Part shown: positions 47,609 through 60,097 of the stretch, piece after piece | How the letters are laid out: each line of letters opens with the position of its first letter | Numbering within the stretch: position 1 is the stretch's first letter | Assembly (NCBI RefSeq): GCF_036588685.1 | Contig: NC_086382.1 | Span: forward strand, 50,325,378 to 50,389,377 | Origin: Mytilus trossulus | Lineage: Eukaryota | DNA length: 64,000 nucleotides | Direction: 5' to 3' | Made by a program: the position numbers and the translations under genes | The notes under the pieces: model-generated | Database searches by the model: none | Told to the model about the DNA's origin: nothing | The model's input: only the letters and a program-made list of their open reading frames with translations

Positions 47609-48390
47609 GTAAGTAATACTACTCCTACAATCAATCAAAATTTAGAGAATAAAAATTGAGTCACTGAAAATTGACTTAAAAATTTATATATGGTATTATC
47701 AAATAACTTAGTGAATGTTGGGACATGGTAACAAAATTAAATGCAAACAAAGAAATGACAATGTACAACAAATTAAAGGTAAAGAAAAACTATTATTTTT
47801 TTGTACTTTAGGTATAATTTCCTTTTATTACATGCATATAATTTGCTGTCTACAAATTGTAAATTTCACTAAAAGACAAGATGTTCTCCTACACTTCTGT
47901 AATAACAAGGCAAAATATAAGAAACACTACGAATCATCAGTACAATGGAAGCATTTGAAGTACTTCAAGTATGCAAGAGCCACATCCAAAATATTTTTGT
48001 TGGATGTAACTATCCAGTCAAGTAAGGAAAAAATCATATAATTATCTATTTCAATAAATTAATTTTGCTGGAGATGTTTCATTGTATATAATATGTGTAA
48101 AAAGAGAGGATATCAAAGGGCACTAAAACATAGGTCTAATAAAAATGACAGAATTATGACCGAAATGAAAACTGATGAAAATACAAACATGTAAACAAAA
48201 CACTTCACTGAAAGTTTAAACTTGGGTGAACCTAGGGATGGAGAGTTTCTGCTGCATTAGTGGCAACATTCAAGTTACTCATTGTAAGTTAAAATTTTTG
48301 AAGTTTAGCTCATAATTGTTTAATCAGATCACATAGATTAATTTATAGTATTGAATTTGTTGATTCTAACTTATTCTCTTATGATTTTAG

Positions 48391-48438
48391 AATTCATTTG
48401 ATCACTTGGTGGAAAGATGCAGTATAGAAGCTGAACAT
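48391..48438 (+). CDS. Exon 2 (NSFDHLVERCSIEAEH) of the unknown gene
   Basis: Acceptor atgattttag and donor cat|gtaagg, phase 0. Confidence 0.3.
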
Positions 48439-48783
48439 GTAAGGACCATAGATAGTCATTATACCCAAAGCATAGACATATAAAGATTCTTACATTGATA
48501 CCAGTGGATTATCTGATCTATCCAATTGAGATAGTTAAATTATCAATTTTAAAGTCTGAGCCTACAATGGGTGCAGAAAGGGATAAATTTACGAAGAATT
48601 AGAGAAACTTATTTATGCTTGTATGAAAATGTCTTCACATTATTTGAAATTAACTATTCCAGAAAAATTTTACATTGTAATGTCAAAAATGTGAGGTCAT
48701 AATTATAAAGTGATTTTTGAGTGATGCCAAAAGTAAATTAAATAATTTTCAGATTTAATTTATGATTTAAATACTCATTTTTA

Positions 48784-49584
48784 GCTCACCTGCCCCAAAG
48801 GGCCAAGTTAACTTTTCTCATCACTTGGCGTCTGTCGTTGTCCTGTGTCTGTCATCTTTAACTTTTACAAAAATCTTCTCCTCTGAAACTACTAGGCCAA
48901 ATTTAACCAAACTTGACCACAATCATTATTGGGGTATCTAGTTTTAAAAATGTGTCCGTTGACCCGGCCAACCAACCAAGATAGCCGCCATGGCTAAAAA
49001 CAGAACATAGGGGTAAAATGTAGATTTTGGCTTATAACTCTGAAACCAAAGCATTTATAGCAAATCTGACATGTGGTTAAATTGTTTATCATGTGAAGAT
49101 CTATCTGCTCTTTAATTTTCAGATGAATTGGACAACTGGTTGTTGGGTTGCTGCCCCCAATTTGGTGATTTTTAAAGAAATTTTGCTGTTTTAGATTATT
49201 ATCATGAATACTATTATAGATAGAGATAAACTGTAAACAGCAATAATGTTCAGCAAAGTAAGAACTACAAATAAGTCAAATGACCAAAATGGTCAGTTGA
49301 CCCCTTAAGGAGTAATTGCCCTTTAAAGTAAATTATTAACAATTTTCATTGATTTGGTAATTTTTTCTAAATTTTTACCAAATAATTTCCTCTGTTACTA
49401 ATGGGCTAAGTTCATTATAGATATAATTGTAAGTAGCAAGAACATTCAATAAAGTAAGAACTTCAAACACATCACCATCACCAAAACACAAATTTGTCAT
49501 AAATCCATCTGTGTCCATTGTTTAATATGCACATAGGCCAAGGTGAGCAACACAGGCTATTTAGAGCCTCTAGTTATCTCACCT
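48784..49584 (+). mobile_element. Family-2 Helentron-like element copy (2 internal units), lying in an intron
   Basis: 5' agctcacctgccccaaagggccaagttaac and 3' ggtgagcaacacaggctatttagagcctctag+tt. Confidence 0.6.
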
Positions 49585-49717
49585 GGCCCAAAGGTCTCAT
49601 GACATTTCCTACCATAAATATAATGTTTTCCATTAGAAGATCCCTTAGCATTTTGCCAAGTTAGATATATAAATCTTATATATGATATTCATCTAACCTA
49701 TTTCAATTTTGATTCAG

Positions 49718-49922
49718 GTGCAAAGTTTTTATAAGACAGCTGGCAAAAAGAAGTCAACAAGTTACTTTTCATCAATTGGGGATAGTACTAGATATGTAGT
49801 GGATAAAGTCAAATCAGTTGGAGATTACATCTTTAAGGACAGGGGTGTTAGAGAGGCAGATATAGCTTACTACAGAGATGATAGTGTTGGTGATATTTTA
49901 TCTTACCATTCTGCATCAACAG
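49718..49922 (+). CDS. Exon 3 (VQSFYKTAGKKKSTSYFSSIGDSTRYVVDKVKSVGDYIFKDRGVREADIAYYRDDSVGDILSYHSAST-G)
   Basis: Acceptor ttttgattcag, a 205-nt open frame, and donor g|gtatat. Confidence 0.5.
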
Positions 49923-50625
49923 GTATATACCCTATTTTTCATTAGTTGCAGCATTTGTGAGGGGGGATAGGAGGGGTCATGATCCCGAAATCCCAAGCTT
50001 AAACATGAAATCCTGAGGTCCTGAAACATCCAATCCCGGAGTCCAGATAAAGGTCCTATCCCCCCTCATTTGTTTTATGCAATATTGTCCGATTCTCTTT
50101 GCACTGATTTTGAATTAGTGTTGTCTTTTTGAAAACAAATATATATGGTTTTTTTCTTTTTTGTGGTTGATTAATTGTTTCTTAACATTAAAATTAAGAA
50201 CAAAATTATTTGACTAAAATTTTCAAATACCTGTACATGTAATATTTTATATTATGATAAGATGCCATATAAAAAAGAAGATGAGGTATGATTGCCAATG
50301 AGACAACTATCCACAAAAGACCAAAATTACACAGACATTAACAACTATGGTCACCGTACGGCCTTCAACAATGAGCAAAGCCCATATAATCATTATATCT
50401 GTAATATAGAATAAGGTCCTGTACAAAATTGATAGGTATTAAGATGGGTTCAGCTAAGTTTTCTTGCTACCTTCATCACAGTATTATCATAGTTAATGAC
50501 TTCTATATATATCTTTCAATGTCAAAATATCAAAACATTATTCAAGCTACTTTCATCGGGAGTTGTCTCATGAACAATCATACCTACATATTCTGATTTA
50601 TGATAATTTGATTTGAATTTTTCAG

Positions 50626-50750
50626 GTCAAGTTGAACCAACAAAGAGCCTTAGTGACTTTGGTATAGGATCAATAATTAAACCGATCAGGACACAACATT
50701 GTTTAGTGGACAAACATAATCTGGATAAACTGTTCGAATTACAAGGGGAG
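50626..50750 (+). CDS. Exon 4 (GQVEPTKSLSDFGIGSIIKPIRTQHCLVDKHNLDKLFELQGE)
   Basis: Acceptor aatttttcag. The phase-1 start matches the exon 3 end. Donor gag|gtaatt. Confidence 0.5.
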
Positions 50751-51195
50751 GTAATTTGTTAGAAAAGTCATAATTTAATTTAAAAATAATTTAAAATCAG
50801 TAAGTAGGTGTTACCATGATAGTTAGTCACTGAAAGAATTTCAACTAATGACAGCAATTTAGGCACACTCCTTTCAGCATCAAAATGTCTGCAACATCAA
50901 CAATTTATAAAGTTTGTGACTGGTTTGTTGGAGAGAAGTTCTTTATTATAAGTCGATACTTTATGGTATGCAAATGTATCATCAGTGGCACATTTTAATC
51001 CCATGGAGATCAATTGGCTATGGTTGCCTCTATAAAAAAGGCTCTCATGGGTCAGATCCTTAGCTTGCTTCATATGAAATTTTTGTCAGACTTTTTCTCA
51101 GGAACTACAATTCGGAGCTTTAAGAAAGTTGTAAGCAAGCTATACCACGAAAAATAGTATTTCATCCCTAACAATGTGATAATATATAATTACAG

Positions 51196-51295
51196 GATGG
51201 TAGCTGGTGTTTGACAGAAAGGTTGTGCAATCTACTGGGAATTGATTATAATGTCTGTATGAATATTCTTAAAGAGGCTGGCATTAAGTCTTTAG
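51196..51295 (+). CDS. Exon 5 (DGSWCLTERLCNLLGIDYNVCMNILKEAGIKSL)
   Basis: Acceptor taattacag and donor g|gtaggt. Confidence 0.5.
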
Positions 51296-52140
51296 GTAGG
51301 TGTTTCATATAAAAAAGAAGATGTGGTATGATTGCCAATGAGACAACTGTCCACAAGAGACCAAATGACACAGACAGTAACAACTATAGGCCTTCAATAT
51401 GTTTATATTACAGTGTAACCTGTGTAATTCTACACACTAGGGGACCAGAAAAAAAATGTTGGATTGAGCAGCGTGTCAGAATACTCTGGTGTTGGATAAG
51501 ACAGGTTACACTGTACTTACATTAAGTATGAACTTAGGAACATTATTTCAAACAGATAAAACCCGTTGAGTAGTCTTTTGAATATTAAGTTTCAATTAAT
51601 ACTAAAGAAACATTTATTTTCATGAGATCAAAATTTTGTGGTTTTGTCTCTAAGTAAGATTTCATGAGGATTTAATTTCATGGGTTCCATTAAATGGAAG
51701 TGATATTTTATGAAGGTTAATATTTTAAATAAAATAAACAAAATTATATCCTCCATGAAAATTCTGTTTTTACACTAATTAAGGAAAAGGTTCAATTTTG
51801 GGTTTTTACCCTGATATTTTATACATTTCATGCTTTAGTCATTTAGCAGAATCAGGATTTGATTTTTAAACTAGCATTAAAGTTTGCAGTAATAAAATGC
51901 AAATGAATATGGTTAAGTCGCAAACTAATGCAAAATCTTGACTATAAGTATTTGACGTGGCAAAAGATACCAAAGAAACATTTCAACTCACAAAGTAAAA
52001 AATTAATTTGACAATGCCGTGGAAAAAAAAGTAAAAAGGACAAATAACAGTATACAAAACATAGAACATATGGAAATTAGAGTGATGACATAAATTGAAA
52101 CAATCAAATTTTAATTAAAGGTATCAATATTCTATTACAG

Positions 52141-52469
52141 CATTAAAAGTACAGGATGAGATTACGACATTACTGGCAACCTGTATTGCCCTGCTGGTTA
52201 TTATACAATTGGAGTCTCCAGACTGGGTTCCAAGTCATGTTAAAGGCAATAACTTTTGGCAAAAAGAGCTGACAAAATGGCTGTCAGAAAGTACTGAGGG
52301 TGGTAGACAGCAAGTTGACGATGAAAATTTTCCTAAACATAGTCGTATGATAAAAACTGTCAATTTTTATCAGCAGAAAGAGGAAGAGCATAAATTGACA
52401 TCAAGTATGCTGGAGTTAGGTCACTCCTGGGGTGAGGTAGCAGCCAAGATGTTAGGTGTTGCACAGTAA
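52141..52469 (+). CDS. Terminal coding exon (…ALKVQDEITTLLATCIALLVIIQLESPDWVPSHVKGNNFWQKELTKWLSE…SWGEVAAKMLGVAQ*), product unknown
   Basis: Acceptor ttctattacag. The phase-1 start matches exon 5. A 329-nt ORF ends at TAA 52467-52469. The last ~50 nt of coding sequence are tandemly triplicated downstream (52417-52565). Confidence 0.5.
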
Positions 52470-53018
52470 CGTATCTTTCTTGGGGTGAGGTAGCAGCCAT
52501 GATTATAGGTGTCAATTTATAACATCTCTCTCCTGGGGTGAGGTAGCAGCCAAGATCTTAGATGTTGCCTAGTCACATCTTTAATACTGATCTTCTGTCA
52601 TTGATTGAAAATGGTTATGCAAAACAAAATAAAAATTGATGCAATAGGATAGAATTGGGGTTGTACCTGCATCGTCTTTATCCTGTAAGGCATAACAATT
52701 GTTAACTGTGAGAATTTATTTTCATCATATCATTTACAATCAGGGATCAAATATACAACTTTAATAACATTTAATAGATTATTTATTATAATGAGATTGA
52801 TATTTTGTTTTACATGAGGCTACACATTTGTATTTCCTTATCTATTTACAATTTAGTGATAACAATAATGTGATAATTAGTTCAGGTGATATTGTCCCGA
52901 AGAAGTAGTAAAACACTGCTGTTGTTGTATATCTGATTGTAGAATACACTTAATGTTAATGATCAAAATGAAAAATATGTTGCAGATATTGGTTAAATGA
53001 TATAATTTTTATACGACC

Positions 53019-53061
53019 GCAAATTTTGAAAAAATTTTCGTCGTATATTGCTATCACGTTG

Positions 53062-53094
<33 letters not shown>

Positions 53095-54539
53095 GTCGTC
53101 GTCGTCGTCGACGTCGTCGTCCGAATACTTTTAGTTTTCGCACTCTAACTTTAGTAAAAGTGAATAGAAATCTATGAAATTTTAACACAAGGTTTATGAC
53201 CATAAAAGGAAGCCTGGTATTGATTTTGGGAGTTTTGGTCCCAACATTTTAGGAATTAGGGGCCAAAAAGGGCCCAAATAAGCAATTTCTTGGTTTTCGC
53301 ACTATAACTTTAGTTTAAGTTAATAGAAATCTATGAAATTTCGACACAAGGTTGATGACCACAAAAGAAAGGTTGGGATTGATTTTGGGAGTTTTGGTTT
53401 CAACAGTTTAGGAATTAGGTGCCAAAAAAGGGCCCAAATAAGCATTATTCTTAGTTTTCGCACAATAACTTTAGTTAAAGTAAATAGAAATCAATGAAAT
53501 TTAAACACAATGTTTATGGCCACATAAGGAAGGTTGGTATTGATTTTGGGAGTTTTGGTCCCAACAGTTAAGGAAAAAGGGGCCCAAAGGGTCCAAAATT
53601 AAACTTTGTTTGATTTCATCAAAATTGAATAATTGGGGTTCTTTAATATGCCGAATCTAACTGTGTATGTAGGTTCTTAATTTTTGGTCCAGTTTTAAAA
53701 TTGGTCTAAATTAAAGTGCAAAGGGTCCAAAATTAAACTAAGTTTGATTTTAACAAAAATTAAATTCTTGGGCCTCTTTGATATGCTGAATCTAAACATG
53801 TACTTAGATTTTTGATTATGGGCCCAGTTTTCAAGTTGGTCCAAATCAGGATCTAAAATTATTATATTAAGTATTGTGCAATAGCAAGTCTTTTCAATTG
53901 CGCACAGTATTGTGCAATGGCAAGAAATATCTAATTTCACAATATTGTGAAATTGCAAATTTTTTTTTAATTAAGAGTTATCTTTCTTTGTCCAGTATAG
54001 TAAGCAAGAAATATCTGCAAGAATTTTTTTTAATTGGAGTTATCTTTCTTTGTCCAGAATCAACTTAAATCTTTGTTATATACAATATACAATGTATATT
54101 CACTTTTTACTACCAACTGATAAATTTAAATAATCTTTACCATTCAGTGATAACAAGCAGTTTTTTTACATCTTAATATTTTATGATGTATTTAAATGAG
54201 TAGTAATTGTTGCAAACTCCATTAGAATATTTTAATTGAAGTTAGTTTTGGAATAAGGGAAAGGGGGATGTGATTAAAAAATTGGGTTCAATTTTTCTCA
54301 TTTGAAATTTCATAAATAAAAAGAAAATTTCTTCAAACATTTTTTTGAGAGGATTAATATTCAACAGCATAGTGAATTGCTCTTAGAGAAAACAAAAATT
54401 TTAAGTTCATTTGAATACATTCATTCTGTGTCAGAAACCTATGCTGTGTCAACTATTTAATCACAATCCAAATTTAGAGCGGAATCCAGCTTGAATGTTG
54501 TGTCAATACTTGCCCCAACCGTTCAGGGTTCAACCTCTT
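53019..54539 (+). mobile_element. Family-1 Helentron-like copy with a long (CGT)n tract (~75 nt), two satellites and a 60-bp repeat block. Its 3' terminus is missing, replaced by the junction to the next copy
   Basis: 5' tatacgaccgcaaattttg at 53019. At 54535 the sequence ggttcaacctct runs directly into (tcg)n of the following copy, skipping the 3' hairpin and 5' terminus. Confidence 0.6.
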
Positions 54540-56288
54540 CGTCGTCGTCGTCGTCGTCAGTCGTCGTCGTCGTCCGAATACTTTTAGTTTTCGCACTCTA
54601 ACTTTAGTAAAAGTGAATAGAAATCTATGAAATTTTAACACAAGGTTTATGACCATAAAAGGAAGCCTGGTATTGATTTTGGGAGTTTTGGTCCCAACAT
54701 TTTAGGAATTAGGGGCCAAAAAGGGCCCAAATAAGCAATTTCTTGGTTTTCGCACTATAACTTTAGTTTAAGTTAATAGAAATCTATGAAATTTCGACAC
54801 AAGGTTGATGACCACAAAAGAAAGGTTGGGATTGATTTTGGGAGTTTTGGTTTCAACAGTTTAGGAATTAGGGGCCAAAAAAGGGCCCAAATAAGCATTA
54901 TTCTTAGTTTTCGCACAATAACTTTAGTTAAAGTAAATAGAAATCAATGAAATTTAAACACAATGTTTATGGCCACATAAGGAAGGTTGGTATTGATTTT
55001 GGGAGTTTTGGTCCCAACAGTTAAGGAAAAAGGGGCCCAAAGGGTCCAAAATTAAACTTTGTTTGATTTCATCAAAATTGAATAATTGGGGTTCTTTAAT
55101 ATGCCGAATCTAACTGTGTATGTAGGTTCTTAATTTTTGGTCCCATTTTCAAATTGGTCTACATTAAGGTCCAAAGGGTCCAAAATTAAACTTAGTTTGA
55201 TTTTAACAAAAATTGAAACCTTGGGGTTCTTTGATATGCTGAATCTAAAAATGTACTTAGATTTTTGATTATTGGCCCAGTTTTCAAGTTGGCCCAAATC
55301 GAGGTCCAAAATTAAACATAGTTTGATTTCATCAAAAATTGAATAATTGGGGTTCTTTGATATGCCAAATCTAACTGTGTATGTAGATTCTTAATTTTTG
55401 GTCCAGTTTTAAAATTGGTCTAAATTAAAGTGCAAAGGGTCCAAAATTAAACTAAGTTTGATTTTAACAAAAATTAAATTCTTGGGCCTCTTTGATATGC
55501 TGAATCTAAACATGTACTTAGATTTTTGATTATGGGCCCAGTTTTCAAGTTGGTCCAAATCAGGATCTAAAATTATTATATTAAGTATTGTGCAATAGCA
55601 AGTCTTTTCAATTGCGCACAGTATTGTGCAATGGCAAGAAATATCTAATTTCACAATATTGTGAAATTGCAAATTTTTTTTTAATTAAGAGTTATCTTTC
55701 TTTGTCCAGTATAGTAAGCAAGAAATATCTGCAAGAATTTTTTTTAATTGGAGTTATCTTTCTTTGTCCAGAATCAACTTAAATCTTTGTTATATACAAT
55801 ATACAATGTATATTCACTTTTTACTACCAACTGATAAATTTAAATAATCTTTACCATTCAGTGATAACAAGCAGTTTTTTTACATCTTAATATTTTATGA
55901 TGTATTTAAATGAGTAGTAATTGTTGCAAACTCCATTAGAATATTTTAATTGAAGTTAGTTTTGGAATAAGGGAAAGGGGGATGTGATTAAAAAATTGGG
56001 TTCAATTTTTCTCATTTGAAATTTCATAAAGAAAAAGAAAATTTCTTCAAACATTTTTTTGAGAGGATTAATATTCAACAGCATAGTGAATTGCTCTTAG
56101 AGAAAACAAAAATTTTAAGTTCATTTGAATACATTCATTCTGTGTCAGAAACCTATGCTGTGTCAACTATTTAATCACAATCCAAATTTAGAGCGGAATC
56201 CAGCTTGAATGTTGTGTCAATACTTGCCCCAACCGTTCAGGGTTCAACCTCTGCGGTCGTATAAAGCTACGCCCTGCGGAGCATCTGG
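54540..56288 (+). mobile_element. Family-1 Helentron-like copy, near-identical to 53100-54539, with an intact 3' end (...ctgcggtcgtataaagctacgccctgcggagcatctgg+tt)
   Basis: Identical internal ORFs (53695-53958 equals 55409-55672, and 53874-54068 equals 55588-55782) show a very recent tandem duplication. Confidence 0.6.
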
Positions 56289-56835
56289 TTCAATTTTACT
56301 ATTTATCAATTCATAATTATAATAAAAAAATAATATTGATTAAAAAAAAATGTCTTCATCCAGTAAAGATTTATTGTTATCATTTTCACAATTACAAATA
56401 ACAATATACAATATATTTATAGAAATAAAATTTCACATTTTATTTTTACCTAATTTAATTGTGTCATAACGCAACTGATTGAAAAGTCATAGAAGGTTTT
56501 AAAGACTTTGCTCCCTTCTATAATCAAAATAACTGCTTTTGGTAATGAAATTGGAAAATTTGAATTTATTAAAGAAAGAATAAAAAATGAATTCTAGTTC
56601 TGAAAATGGCAAAATTACTTATTTTCTGCAGGAATTTGTGATTTATAAATGTGTAAGTAGGCTGCACAAAATTCAATATTTGATTGTTGGGTTATTTTTT
56701 CATGAAGACCAACACTTTGTAAATTATGTGGATTGTTTTGATGAATTAAAAGGGGACATTTCTGAAAAATCTTTTAAATATTATTGTTTGGAAATGTTCA
56801 TAGTGCTATAAAAAGTTTTTTTCATTTATAGTACA

Positions 56836-57010
56836 ATGTTTATATATAATTGTTTAATTATTTATGATAATGTGTTTATATATAGTTGTTTAATTATTTA
56901 TATTATAGGGTTTATATATAATTGTTTGATTATTTATGATATTATGTTTATATATAATTTTTATCAATTTATTTTAAAATCTGTGATATATTTGTTTACA
57001 TTTTGTATTT
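56836..57010. repeat. AT-rich ~36-bp tandem repeat (tgtttatatataattgtttaattatttatgataa), ~5 copies
   Basis: Visible periodicity. The ORF at 56836-57078 is an artifact. Confidence 0.7.
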
Positions 57011-57269
57011 TTTGTATTTTTTTTGTTTGTATTTACTATTTATTTGTACAGTTTAATGAATTTGTACTATATTTGTGACTGCATTGATAACTATAGAAAA
57101 AATGTTAGCTGTCAGGAATGTATATAAAATTGAGAAAAGTTTATTCTTCGGTGTAAACTAAAACTCTTACTGCAACAGAGATCAGTGTATGGCTTGTTGC
57201 AAGTATTACAAATTTAGTCCCTATCCCTAATAAGGATTTACCAGTGACCATCAAAATTACGTACTTTTG

Positions 57270-57450
57270 TTATTTATTGAATTTATGAATGGCTATTATT
57301 TATTTTGAATTTATTGAACCATAAAATTAATTTTTGACTCTTCACATTGAATAATCCCCGAAGCGGATTATGTAAAATGTGAAGAGTCAAAAATTAATTT
57401 TATGGGTCAATAAATTCAAAATAAATTATTGCCGTTCATTATAAATAAAT
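57270..57450. repeat. Long near-perfect palindrome/foldback (~75-bp arms, ~25-bp loop)
   Basis: tttatgaatggctattatttattttgaatttattgaaccataaaattaatttttgactcttcacatt is the reverse complement of aatgtgaagagtcaaaaattaattttatgggtcaataaattcaaaataaattattgccgttcat. Confidence 0.75.
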
Positions 57451-60097
57451 TTCTATCAAAAATAAAGCTCAAAGAACTTTTTATTTTAACAATAACAACA
57501 TACACACATGTTGGCGTATGAATACACAAAGTCAGAGTGGGCGTGTCGCCATATAAATTGACAACATTGAAAATAAAACTAATACTTTCAACCAATCAGA
57601 AGACAGTAAATACACCAAATTTATTTATTATGTATCCTAGATATACATGAAATATTTTCATTAGGTTATTGTGGATAAGACAATCAATAAATCATATATT
57701 TGTATAAATTTTTGTTGATTTATTTCCAATGATTTTCTAAATACATTTGAGATACATATTGGAGATATTTCATAGCAAAACCAACAGAAATACAATGTTC
57801 TGCCTTGTGTGACTATCTCATGCATCTAATAAAAATTCTAGAGTTTGATATCTTTGTTATTTTTGTAATACTAAAGATACAGAATGGACTACTGTTGTAA
57901 TTTTAATGTCCATGATGATGATCCTTTAAACAGCTATGATCATTGAAATATTCAATTACTTGAAATCAAACTTGAACAGCCTTCTTTTAATTGTTTACCA
58001 GTTTATATGGCAGCATTCAAAATATATAGAAGAGTGAAATAGACAAAATTGTCATATTTAATGGCCAATGCTGTTGACTTCAATCTGATTTTTTTCTACC
58101 ATCGAATGGTATGGTTGAATGCAATACATGGGTTCTTTATTTATCTGGCAATATTCATTCAGGAAATGACAGAAGAATGTATTGCAGAATTATTAGTACC
58201 CTACAGACAAAGTCGAAGGAGACTTTAAGTTTGCACTCCTTCCAATCTGTCTGTCTGTCCATTAGTCAGCAAATCATTTTTTCACACTTTATTTTAGTGC
58301 TTGATAATATTGATTTGATGTTTGATGCAATGTTTAATCTTGACAAGTTACAGATCAAGTTCGAATTTTAGTCATGTCTAATGATTCTGTGCAGAGTTAT
58401 AGTCCTTGACAGGCTAGTGATACAGTAGTCTACTTAGATTGTTTGTTGCTTTTAAAAACAGGCAAAAACACAACTGACCTTAAAGAAATAAGCTGGTTTA
58501 TTGAGCAGAATATGATTGCAATGCCCCTGTTAATTGATACATGTATTTACTGTAGTATATTAAAGATCTTCATCCGTTTTTTTAAAATTCACAAATCAAA
58601 CGCAAGTATCAAATTTTGTCAGTGGATAAGATGATTCAATTAATATCAGAATTTCCTTCCATTGATGCAGTTAAAGCCCAATTACTGCCATGGTAAATGT
58701 TCATGAAATTAATTAATTTGAAGAAAGATGTCCTCTGTTATTTCCCCCAATGAAAATTTACAGTTGATATATATATTTAGAAACTGTGCAATCTACTTGT
58801 TATCTTGAGTTTCATATCGTCAAACGTATTTGTTTAGTGAGGATGAATGCAAATATTTTCATGGCTCTAGATTAAGGTTTTATTTATAAAATTTACAATA
58901 TATGGCATAAATGTCAATGAGAAAAACTCTTGACTTAAGACCAAATGACGTAGGAGTTTTAAAAAAGTTACAGGTCATCCAATGTTTGGTTTTTGGTTAA
59001 ATTTTACATTCATCTCTCAGAAATCTACAATCATGAATTAGAGAGAGGCAAATAAAGGCAACAGTAGTATACCGCTGTTTGAAATTTATAAATCGATTTG
59101 AGAAAAAGAATACTGGTTACAAACTAAAACTGAGGGAAATACATCAAATATAAGAGGAGAACTACGACACAACAGAAACACAACACTGAAATGGAACACA
59201 CACAGAAACGAAATATAAAATAACAATGGCAATTTTCCTGACTTATTACAGAACATTTTTAGAAAAAAAAGGGTGGCTTGAACCTGGTTTTGTTGCTAGC
59301 CAAACCTCTCACTTTAATGTCAATGTTTAATATTAAATTAAAATGTCAACATTTCATGACATGACCACAATACAAATAAATGGGAGAACATATAGCACAA
59401 AGAAAGAAACACGAATAATAGCTATCAAAAGGTACCAGATTTATAATTTGATACGTCAGACGCTCGTTTCGTCCACTTATGACTAACCAGTCTCACTCAG
59501 ATCATAAAGTTTAAAAGCCAAAACAAGCGCAAAGTTGAAGAGCGTTAAGGACCAAAAGTTCCAAAAAGTTGTGCCTAATAGGACTACGGTTTTCTGCCTG
59601 GGATAAGAACATCCTTATTATTAAGAATTATTCATACTTTTGCACTTATTCACTAAAGATACGATACAACATGTCGTATCGTAATTATTTATCGTAAATA
59701 TACGACATGCATACGATATGTCGTAATTTGTATTCTCCAACGTTGTCGTAGTACTGTTGTAATTTTCTCGCAGTTGCTAATGTCGTAAATCAACAGAACA
59801 ATCATTTTACGTAACAGAGGAGGATTTTGGTCAGCAAGTGCCCGATTTGAAATCAAATTAAAATTTGAATTTAAACACTTTCAATATATGATGTCATATT
59901 AAATGCATTCGAACGATCCGTGTTACACTCAAAATTCAAAATAAAAAATGTTTATACCAGGATTTTTTTTATCAAGTATTCAAATATAAGTATTCTAACT
60001 TTTTTTCCAGCAATTTTTCGAGATTGAAGTCGTTTTCAAGCATATTTATTGTTCATTTTGTATTTTTCGAAGCCTTGTGATTAACTTCGTTGTACGG

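Noticed and set aside
53695-55782. Identical ORF pairs (87 aa and 64 aa) in the two tandem element copies
   Set aside because: They lie within the satellite and 60-bp repeat blocks of family-1 elements. They are duplicated because the elements are duplicated, and they are not genes.
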